From the IMG/VR virus record IMGVR_UViG_3300025951_000004: a stretch of 29,190 nt of DNA, one strand, 5' to 3'. Each line of letters opens with the position of its first letter. The stretch's first letter is position 1. The notes beneath the pieces were generated by a model. It was not told where the DNA came from. It saw nothing but the letters and a program-made list of their open reading frames with translations, and searched no databases. Positions 1 through 7,079 of this stretch are shown piece after piece. The position numbers and the translations under genes are program-made. The DNA comes from an uncultured virus (IMG/VR IMGVR_UViG_3300025951_000004). Taxonomy: Duplodnaviria; Heunggongvirae; Uroviricota; Caudoviricetes.

Positions 1-1
1 C

Positions 2-427
2 TTTGGCCGTCGCTTCGTCGGGCGTGGCGACGGCGTCGCCACGCCCGTGGTCGGAGCGCAGCTTCTCGAGCATGCCCTCGAGCTTGGTCTTGGCCTCGGC
101 TCGCACCGCGTCCGACAAGTCCTCGGTCTGCGGAAGCCGGGCGAGCGCGTTGCGAATCGCGTTGCCGATCGCCACGAGCTGGCCGTTATCGACGTAGCAT
201 ACCGCCAGCTTGAAGTTCGCGCGCGTGATGTTCTCGCCCGCGGGCGGGTCGAGGTCGGCGACGATGAAACCCTTGGACGCCTTGCGCCAATCGACATCGC
301 CATCCGCCCCGGTCGCCCAGTCGAAGATCTCGCGCTCGCCTCGAGCGCCGTCCCACTCGCCTTCGCGCACGTCGATCGAATCGTCGATCGTGACAGCGAA
401 CGCATCGGTGCGCGAGGCGACGATCAT
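2..427 (-). CDS. Probable head maturation/prohead-protease-associated protein, N-terminal part (runs off the window; absent from the ORF track)
   Basis: Manual translation: MIVASRTDAF...EGEWDGARGEREIFDWATGADGDVDWRKASKGFIVADLD...NFKLAVCYVDNGQLVAIGNAIRNALARL. It resembles the WD..A......WA....D...Y...F..D....YKLP...V.DG.L domain I recall from phage head-maturation proteins, and it lies downstream of the portal. Confidence 0.55.
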   Translation of the reverse strand, partial: MIVASRTDAFAVTIDDSIDVREGEWDGARGEREIFDWATGADGDVDWRKASKGFIVADLDPPAGENITRANFKLAVCYVDNGQLVAIGNAIRNALARLPQTEDLSDAVRAEAKTKLEGMLEKLRSDHGRGDAVATPDEATAK

Positions 428-552
428 CCAAACCTCGTGACGGGCGTCTTGTCGTCGACGGGCCGATCGTCCTTGGTCGGCGGATCTTGCTTGGGCTCGG
501 CCTTCGGCTTCGCTTTGCTGTCGCTCGACTTCTTCGGTGGGACCGTCACCAC
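424..552 (-). CDS. Small K/D/P-rich hypothetical peptide (42 aa)
   Basis: GTG...TGA giving MVTVPPKKSSDSKAKPKAEPKQDPPTKDDRPVDDKTPVTRFG; GC-ending codons; ATGA overlap with the next gene. Confidence 0.45.
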   Translation of the reverse strand: MVTVPPKKSSDSKAKPKAEPKQDPPTKDDRPVDDKTPVTRFG

Positions 553-644
553 ATCAAAGTGGTACCGCCTCGCGCTCGCGCTTGTAATGGCTTTGCTACG
601 CGTCGTGCGTCTCTATCAGAGATCAATCGCAGCCAGCGGAGCAG

Positions 645-1313
645 CTACGCGAACCGCGGGACGTACAGACCGATAGGCGATCCGTCGACAAGATCCTGAA
701 TTCGAATCGACGATCGGTCGCTCAGGCCCGCGACGTGAGCCACGAACACGCGACCGATGGAGCTGATCGTCACACGGCCATGGCCAGCCACGCTCGACAT
801 CCGCGACTCGACCTGGTCCATCGCATCGCGCTCATCTGCCGCTCGAACCCACGCAAAGAGATCAGCGGAAGCACGGACCGGAACGACCGTCGGCGAACCG
901 AGCACGCCGATCCCCGGCACCTCTGCCCCCACGAGGTCGACCGCGAGGGTAAGCGCGGAGCCACGAACTCGCAGCCGCAGCGTCGCGTCCCCCGAGCCCG
1001 GCCAGACAGCGATCTGCCGGCGGCTCGACACCGGGAACAACTCGAGCACGCGCCGTGCCGCGAATGGATCACGGATCGCTTCGAAGGCCGCGAACGCGAG
1101 ATCGAACAGCGCGGGGCCCTCGAGCACGAGGTCAGCTGGCGCGGCCCCGGTTGCGCTCGACCACCGCTCGATCAGAGTGGCAGACGGCTGCTTCGCGCCG
1201 TGCTCGACCTTCCACGCGTGACCGCGGCCGATGCCGCACCGGCGAGCGATCTCGGCCTGCGTCAGCCCGGCGCGGACACGCTCTCGTCGCAATCGCTCGC
1301 CGGTGGTGGTCAT
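645..1313 (-). CDS. XRE/Cro-CI family HTH regulator with unknown C-terminal domain
   Basis: GERLRRERVRAGLTQAEIARRCGIGRGHAWKVEHGAKQPSATLIERW is a canonical HTH_3 pattern. Confidence 0.85.
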   Translation of the reverse strand: MTTTGERLRRERVRAGLTQAEIARRCGIGRGHAWKVEHGAKQPSATLIERWSSATGAAPADLVLEGPALFDLAFAAFEAIRDPFAARRVLELFPVSSRRQIAVWPGSGDATLRLRVRGSALTLAVDLVGAEVPGIGVLGSPTVVPVRASADLFAWVRAADERDAMDQVESRMSSVAGHGRVTISSIGRVFVAHVAGLSDRSSIRIQDLVDGSPIGLYVPRFA

Positions 1314-1331
1314 CCGAGGTCTCGCCCTAGA

Positions 1332-2189
1332 TCAGACGATCGTGGCGCCGCCCTTGCTGATCACGACCCACGCGTCGTTGGCCGCATTGCGCTTCGCGAT
1401 GGGCGCCTCATCGGTGGCGTCGATTTCCAGCGTGCCGCCCTGGACCACGAGCGTGTACTTGCCGCCGCCTGCGACCGTGCTGGCGAAGAACTGGACCGCC
1501 TGCCCCGCGTAGAGACCAGCACCGTTGGCGATCACGACGGTTCCAGCGGCAGACACCTGAAGGACCACCGCGCTGGTGGTTCCGAGGATCGTCACGGCTG
1601 CGTCGGCGGCCGGCTCGAGCATGATGCCGATGACCTGCGCTTGCGCGATCGGTATCGAGTCGAGCGTTGCCTTGCGCGCCACGTTCGCCGCCTCCGAGTC
1701 GTTGATGTAGACCAGGTCCGCACCGATCGGCGTGGCCTTGGCCGTGAGCCCAGAGATCAGCGCGGACGCGGAGAACAGTTGCAGCAGCGTCGACTTCTTG
1801 GGCGTGAGCGCATCGGCCGAGTCTTCGACGACCACGAGGTCGGCCGCGAGCGGCAGCGCCTTCGCGGCCAGGCCGGTGATCCAGCCGAGCGCCTTCATGA
1901 TGGCCCCGATCAGGATCTGCTTCTTCACGTTGGCAGCAGCCGCGTCCTCGATCACCGCCAGATCGCTGACCGTCGGCGCTGCCTTGGCCGCGAGACCGCT
2001 GATCTCGTTGGCCGCGTTGACGTGGATGGCGTTCGAGTCCACGCCAGCCTGGACCGGAAGGTCGGAAATCAAGATCGACTTGACCCGACCACCGTCCCCC
2101 GCGTCTGCGATCTGGAGCTTGTCGGCGCCCGTCGGCGTGCTCTTCCGGTCCATGTCTTGGAAGGTTCGGGTGTCCTCGATGATTGCCAT
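1332..2189 (-). CDS. Virion structural (head/tail fibre-like) protein with four internal repeats
   Basis: A/G/I/V-rich; repeats of I.GL.AK..P...DL....D......K.....; located in the head module. Confidence 0.6.
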   Translation of the reverse strand: MAIIEDTRTFQDMDRKSTPTGADKLQIADAGDGGRVKSILISDLPVQAGVDSNAIHVNAANEISGLAAKAAPTVSDLAVIEDAAAANVKKQILIGAIMKALGWITGLAAKALPLAADLVVVEDSADALTPKKSTLLQLFSASALISGLTAKATPIGADLVYINDSEAANVARKATLDSIPIAQAQVIGIMLEPAADAAVTILGTTSAVVLQVSAAGTVVIANGAGLYAGQAVQFFASTVAGGGKYTLVVQGGTLEIDATDEAPIAKRNAANDAWVVISKGGATIV

Positions 2190-2246
2190 TGCGACCCAAC
2201 GCTAGGCCGGTGTCGGCGCTCTCGTCAATGCCTTTCAACGGCCAGC

Positions 2247-2287
2247 GGCGGCGTGTAGCTGGTGTCGATGATGCTCATGGTCACCGC
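2247..2287. repeat. 41-bp direct repeat, copy 1
   Basis: ggcggcgtgtagctggtgtcgatgatgctcatggtcaccgc; 37/41 identical to 2677-2717. Confidence 0.9.
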
Positions 2288-2643
2288 CTCACCGCGCGCA
2301 GCGTCCCCGACTGCACGGGACCGACGTGCGAGAGCTCCTGCGCATACGGAGCCGAGTCGACCTCGATGCGTGGGCCAGACCCTCGCTCGGGTGCAGCCAC
2401 CGTCTCCGTACCGTCGATGATGCCCTTGCCGTGCGCGTAGTAGCCGTGCTCGGCCGCCCACTTCACAAAATCCTCGAACACATCCGATCCTCGGATCAGA
2501 ACCACCGCACCGACCACGCCGCCTTCGTCGGTAAAGCCCTCCATGCTGATCGGATCGCTATCTCGCGCGGCCTTCGCTTTGAGCTCGACCAAGAACTCGA
2601 CCAGGTTCGCGGCCATGTTGGAGCGCTGCTCGTCGGTGATCAT
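2281..2643 (-). CDS. Hypothetical protein (120 aa)
   Basis: Protein-like composition, GC-rich third positions, overlapping start/stop junctions. Confidence 0.7.
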   Translation of the reverse strand: MITDEQRSNMAANLVEFLVELKAKAARDSDPISMEGFTDEGGVVGAVVLIRGSDVFEDFVKWAAEHGYYAHGKGIIDGTETVAAPERGSGPRIEVDSAPYAQELSHVGPVQSGTLRAVRR

Positions 2644-2747
2644 GCCCAGCCCTGCTCGTCGTCGCTGATCACCCGTGGTGGTGTGCAGCTGGTGTCGATG
2701 ATGCCCATGGTCACCGCGACCGGAGTGGAGTGCTTGATGGTGCTCAT
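2640..2747 (-). CDS. Small hypothetical peptide (35 aa)
   Basis: MSTIKHSTPVAVTMGIIDTSCTPPRVISDDEQGWA; ATGA overlaps at both ends. Confidence 0.4.
   Translation of the reverse strand: MSTIKHSTPVAVTMGIIDTSCTPPRVISDDEQGWA
2677..2717. repeat. 41-bp direct repeat, copy 2
   Basis: ggtggtgtgcagctggtgtcgatgatgcccatggtcaccgc. Confidence 0.9.
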
Positions 2748-3019
2748 GCCGTCAACTCCTCCAGCATCGAGTCGAGCACGGCGTCTAGGTCGTGCCCGAT
2801 TCGGACGTGTGAGCCGACCGGCGTGCTCAGGTATACCTGGACCCGATACAGTGTTCGATCGTCGTCGACCTCACCCACGATCTCAGGAGGCCGATGGCGC
2901 TCCACCCCCGCAGTCACGAACGCGGTCACCGACTCGTAGTTCACGTGATGCGGGTTCGTCTCCACATAGACCATGTGGCACGTCTCGAACAACAGGGTGA
3001 GTTTCTCCATCGTAGTCAT
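2744..3019 (-). CDS. Hypothetical phage protein (91 aa)
   Basis: Protein-like ORF with typical codon bias (VETNPHHVNYESV...LYRVQVYLSTPVGSH). Confidence 0.7.
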   Translation of the reverse strand: MTTMEKLTLLFETCHMVYVETNPHHVNYESVTAFVTAGVERHRPPEIVGEVDDDRTLYRVQVYLSTPVGSHVRIGHDLDAVLDSMLEELTA

Positions 3020-3059
3020 GGCAGAATCCCTACCTGGCGCGCTTCTGGTTTGTTCCCGG

Positions 3060-5435
3060 TCAGCGCTCGCCGCGGATGTTGAGCTGCATGTGCTCGACGC
3101 CGATAGGCGCGGCCCGAGGCGCCAGCTCGACGCCGCGGCTCACAGCCGACTTCAGCTCGCGGATGTTCCCCGGCCACGGGTAGATCAGCATCGTGGCGAG
3201 CGCAGCGTCGGTGAACGACGGGTCCGCAGCCTCGTAGCCGCGCTCGCTCGTGTACTTGGCGTAGATCCGCTTGGCGATCTCGACGACGTCGGACTCGCGA
3301 TCTCGCAGCGGTGGGATCTCGATCTCGACCTCGGCGAGCCGGTAGTACAGATCCGGCCGCAGCCAGTCGGCGTGGCGCGAGGTCGCGGACACGATCCGGG
3401 CCTTGTGCTCGCTGGCCAGGATTCGCAGGAGCGCCGACTGACTTTCGCGCGGGGTGTCGCCGACTTCGTCCAAGAACAGCGTGCCGCCGGCCGCAGCGGC
3501 CAGGGCCTTGCGCAATTGCTTGGCCGCGTCGCCGGGCTCGTCGTCGAGCTCGGCCGCGTTGATCGCGATGAACGGGCCGCCGCCGACGTGGAGCCCGCGG
3601 GCGATCGCCTCTTTGCCCGTGCCCGTCTCGCCCAACAGCAGCACCGAGAGCCGGCTGTCGCGGACGCGCTCGAGCACGGCGAAGATCTCCCTCATCGCGT
3701 CGGACTCGCCCCACGACTCGCCGAACGTCGTGGACTCGGACAGGCCGATGTCGTCGAGCCGTTGGTCAGCTGCCGCGCTCTCCAGCTCGGCGGAGGTCTT
3801 GCCCATCAGCGCGAGCTGGACCTGCGAGAGGAAGAACTTCCACCGGCCGGCGATCACGTGGCCGCGGATCTTGCCGGCCTTGGCCATCTTGATCAGCGTG
3901 CCACCCGAGATATTGAACGGCCGGGCCGCCTGCGCGGCGCTGATCATGTCCTCGCCCTCGGGGTTGTCGAGCCCGGCCTCGGCCGTCTTCTCGCGGGCTT
4001 GCTGCTCGCGCGTGGACTTCGCCTCGAGGTAGGCGTCGAGGTCCGTATAGTTCTCGCGTAGCTCGGGGTCCTGCAAAATCACGTCGAACGGCAACCCCCA
4101 CTCGAAGTCGGTCTTGCGGGCCTTCGCGTTGGCGTCTCGCTGCTCGGCCTTCTCCTTGCCGTTGGCGCTCTGGATCTCGCCAAGCACCACGGTGAACTGC
4201 GTCGGCACAATCAGAATTTCTCCGGCCAGCTGCGCCTTGTAGCGCTGGGCGGCGAGCGAGATCTCCGTGCCGCGGGTGATCGCCGGCACGATCATCTGAT
4301 CGGCCCACCCGCTGATCAGATCGTAGTAGGCGTCGAGTGGCGCCGAGTTGACACCGAGGTTGCCTTCGGCCTCCATGAGCAGAAGCTCCTTCGGGACGCC
4401 CGAGCTCGCGGCCGCGCGAAGGGCCTTGCGCTCGACCAGGTCGGAGAGGCCTGAGATGTTGCGCGAGACGTCGCCGAGCTTGTCCTTGGCGTCGATCACG
4501 AGCAGACCGTGCGTGCTCAGACCTGCCAGCGCCTGTTCGATCCGCATCGCCATCGCGGCGCCCTGGTTGCTGTCTGGGTTCGCGGCTGCGAGCGCCCAAC
4601 CATCGAGCTGCAGGTGTAGGATCGAGAGCGTGCGGATGATCGCCGAGACGTCGCACTCAACCTTGGTCCACTCGTTGAACGATTGGTAGATGCTCTCCAT
4701 CCAGCTCGACGGCCAGCCGCTGATCGTCGGATGTATGATGCCTTCGGGCGTGTCGCTGACGACCATGATCGTCAGGCGCGAGCGATGGATCATCCGCTGG
4801 TCTCCGACGCGCTGCGTCTCGAACCACTCGGCCGTCTTCCAATTGTGGCCATGCTCCGGGCGCAGGCTGTAGGCGGTGTGGATCCTGACGCCCTTGTAGG
4901 CGCGCACGTTCTTCAATTCGAGCGGTGCACCGGACTCGGCCCGGCCAGCGTCGTCGACAACGTGCTCGATGATCCCCGCGCCGAACACGAACGCCCAGAG
5001 CGCGGCCATGCGGCAGGCGGACTTGAACTTGAGGTCGTCGAGCTGCGATTGCGTCGCGGCCCAGGAGAAGTCATGAACGTCGGTGTTCGTGTACTTGTGC
5101 GGCGGCTTCGTCATCAGCATCGCAAAGCGGCCGATCATCTGCCGGGCGACGCCGTTCTGGATGTACCAGGCATAGGCTGCCTCGCCGGTGAGCCAGCCGG
5201 GCAGACCAAACGACGCCTCGCCGCGTAGGATCGCCGCGATGTCGCCGGCCTTTGAGTGCGTGCTGTCGGCTCGCGCAGAGCCCTTCTTGGCTGTCGCCGG
5301 CTTCGAGCCCCTGGCCAGCGCGGACTTCGAGCCCGACTTTGAGCTCGCGTCGCGTCGCGGATTGACGGTTGTGGAGCGAGACCGCCTCGAGCCGGCCGGC
5401 TTCGCACTGGATCCCCTGCTTGCTTTCTTGTTCAT
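3060..5435 (-). CDS. Portal protein (DUF1073-type) fused to an excisionase-type HTH and a sigma-54 bEBP-like AAA+ domain (791 aa; start MNKKAS at 5435)
   Basis: Directly after TerL (ATGA overlap). Portal motifs: YIQNGVARQMIGRFA, ALWAFVFGAGII, IHRSRL, GLSDLVE...AAASSGVPKELL. HTH: ISAAQAARPFNISGGTLIKMAKAGKIRGHVIAGRWKF. AAA+: LLLGETGTGKE, GGTLFLDEVG, RPDLYYRL, IPPLRDR, WPGNIREL. The upstream extension to 6317 in the ORF track is an off-frame read of TerL. Confidence 0.85.
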   Translation of the reverse strand: MNKKASRGSSAKPAGSRRSRSTTVNPRRDASSKSGSKSALARGSKPATAKKGSARADSTHSKAGDIAAILRGEASFGLPGWLTGEAAYAWYIQNGVARQMIGRFAMLMTKPPHKYTNTDVHDFSWAATQSQLDDLKFKSACRMAALWAFVFGAGIIEHVVDDAGRAESGAPLELKNVRAYKGVRIHTAYSLRPEHGHNWKTAEWFETQRVGDQRMIHRSRLTIMVVSDTPEGIIHPTISGWPSSWMESIYQSFNEWTKVECDVSAIIRTLSILHLQLDGWALAAANPDSNQGAAMAMRIEQALAGLSTHGLLVIDAKDKLGDVSRNISGLSDLVERKALRAAASSGVPKELLLMEAEGNLGVNSAPLDAYYDLISGWADQMIVPAITRGTEISLAAQRYKAQLAGEILIVPTQFTVVLGEIQSANGKEKAEQRDANAKARKTDFEWGLPFDVILQDPELRENYTDLDAYLEAKSTREQQAREKTAEAGLDNPEGEDMISAAQAARPFNISGGTLIKMAKAGKIRGHVIAGRWKFFLSQVQLALMGKTSAELESAAADQRLDDIGLSESTTFGESWGESDAMREIFAVLERVRDSRLSVLLLGETGTGKEAIARGLHVGGGPFIAINAAELDDEPGDAAKQLRKALAAAAGGTLFLDEVGDTPRESQSALLRILASEHKARIVSATSRHADWLRPDLYYRLAEVEIEIPPLRDRESDVVEIAKRIYAKYTSERGYEAADPSFTDAALATMLIYPWPGNIRELKSAVSRGVELAPRAAPIGVEHMQLNIRGER

Positions 5436-7024
5436 GGTCGCCTCGGAAACAGTGATCGACGCGAGCGCCGAACATCCGACATTTGCACAACTTGCCCGTC
5501 GGTGTCGATCGAGTGCTCGAAGTGGGCGAGCGCGTAGGCACCATCGGCATGTCGCTGTTGGCCGCGTGCCGTCCGGCGCTGCGGCGCTTCGATGCCGTTG
5601 CTCTTGCGCTTGACCGATGTCAGGTCGTCGGCGAGGTCTCGGCCGTGCTGCGGCAGCGCCAGCGTCCCCTGCTCCAGCCGAGATCGGACGCGATTGAAGG
5701 CGGTATCCGGCAGGCGCATGGTCACCACCATCTTGCCGCGGGTCATGTCCTTCGCCCGCTCCGCGGAGCTCGACCCGGTGCCGTTGCCGTCTCCTGAGCC
5801 CGAGCGCAGCCGCGTCAGGATCTGCCAGCAGTAGTCGGCGATCTGGTCCTGCACGGACGACGGCACCTTCTCGCACTCGATGATCAGCTGCAGTGCGCGG
5901 CGGTTGAGCGCGTTGTTGGTGCCGATGATCTTGCAGCTGATGTCCCCGGTGCGGCCGTAGTCGTCGCCGACGTGGATGTCGTGCCCGAGCGCGTTGATCC
6001 GCATGAGGTGCGATGCGAGGTGGGTGTCGAGCCAGCCCCTCACCAGCTGCTCGCGCTCCTCGGGAGTCGCTATGTTCTGCTTCTGCTCGGTGGGCATCGG
6101 CCATGGCCGATCCGCCTTCTCGACGAGATCGCCGTTGACCCACATGCGTGGCTCGTCGCCACCGCAGAACTCGATGATCGGGCAGTCGGCCGGGCCTAAC
6201 GTCTGCGCGGCCATGACGATCGGACGCCCGATCAGCTGGTTGCTCGCGCCAGTGACGATGCCGAGGAACTCCTCGTCGAACACGTCTTGGTTTCGGTGGC
6301 GCAGCTTGTCGACCCACTCAAGCTCGAGCTCTGGCGTCCACACGATCTGCGGGCGGCTGAGCCGGCAGATCCGCCTGTACAGGCCGAGGCGCAGCGCCTC
6401 GTCGAAGAACACGGAGTGGAAGGAGGCGATCGGCTTGCCGTCCGCGATGCTGGCTTTGACCTTCTGGATGTATCGGTAGAACCCGCTGTCCGTGCCATGG
6501 TGCGTGCTGAGGATCGCTCGGCGCCCGCCCCAGATGTCGATCGCGCTCGAGGCCTTGAGCCACTCGTCGAGGTCGTGGTGCGCAGCTTCGTCGCAGATCC
6601 CGAGGCACCGCTTCTTGCCGCGCATGCGAGCGGGCCTGGACGGCAGGGCGTGGATCGCGAGCCCGCTGGGGAACCGGATTCGGAAGGTCTGGATCGCCAC
6701 CGGGTCGTTCACGTCGTCGATCCAGTCGTACTCCTCGACATCCGGGCAAGCGCGGATGATCGGGGAGAAGTGCTCGACCCACTGCGCGCACTCGTTGATG
6801 AACCCGCGCGCGTCGTCCTGCGACGTGGTCATGAAGTAGACGTCGAGACCGCCTTCGCCCTTGCGCGTCGACGCGACCATGACGGCCTCGCACGCGGTGG
6901 CCCAGGTGTAGCCTTCCTGCCGGCCCTTCTCGCAGATCTTGATCTGCGAGGTGTCGTAGCACCACGCTCGCTGGTTAGGCAGCAGCACGAACTCGTCCTC
7001 GCTGCTGCTGCTGGCCCCGTCCAT
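5432..7024 (-). CDS. terL: Terminase large subunit, Mu gp28-like
   Basis: LLPNQRAW..D.SQIKICEKGRQEGYTWA (Q motif / Walker A region), ALPSRPARMRG, ICDEAAH (Walker B), ILSTHHG, nuclease residues VGDDYGRTGD and RHADGAYALA. Confidence 0.92.
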   Translation of the reverse strand: MDGASSSSEDEFVLLPNQRAWCYDTSQIKICEKGRQEGYTWATACEAVMVASTRKGEGGLDVYFMTTSQDDARGFINECAQWVEHFSPIIRACPDVEEYDWIDDVNDPVAIQTFRIRFPSGLAIHALPSRPARMRGKKRCLGICDEAAHHDLDEWLKASSAIDIWGGRRAILSTHHGTDSGFYRYIQKVKASIADGKPIASFHSVFFDEALRLGLYRRICRLSRPQIVWTPELELEWVDKLRHRNQDVFDEEFLGIVTGASNQLIGRPIVMAAQTLGPADCPIIEFCGGDEPRMWVNGDLVEKADRPWPMPTEQKQNIATPEEREQLVRGWLDTHLASHLMRINALGHDIHVGDDYGRTGDISCKIIGTNNALNRRALQLIIECEKVPSSVQDQIADYCWQILTRLRSGSGDGNGTGSSSAERAKDMTRGKMVVTMRLPDTAFNRVRSRLEQGTLALPQHGRDLADDLTSVKRKSNGIEAPQRRTARGQQRHADGAYALAHFEHSIDTDGQVVQMSDVRRSRRSLFPRRP

Positions 7025-7079
7025 GCCTCACGATAGCCGTTGCACGAGGGGCGTGTCGACCTCGTGATAGGATGACCCC
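7025..7079. promoter_or_regulatory. Divergent, probably leaderless promoter pair with a central inverted repeat
   Basis: Minus: TATCGT (7030-7035) + 5 nt + ATG of terL. Plus: TAGGAT (7068-7073) + 6 nt + ATG 7080. CACGAGG (7043-7049)-N10-CCTCGTG (7060-7066) lies between them. Confidence 0.55.

Noticed and set aside
5436..6317. N-terminal extension making the portal ORF 1085 aa
   Set aside because: Off-frame read of terL; the ATGA overlap at 5432-5435 marks the likely start. The same applies to the over-long track calls for RuvC, AlkB, RecE and DUF6283.
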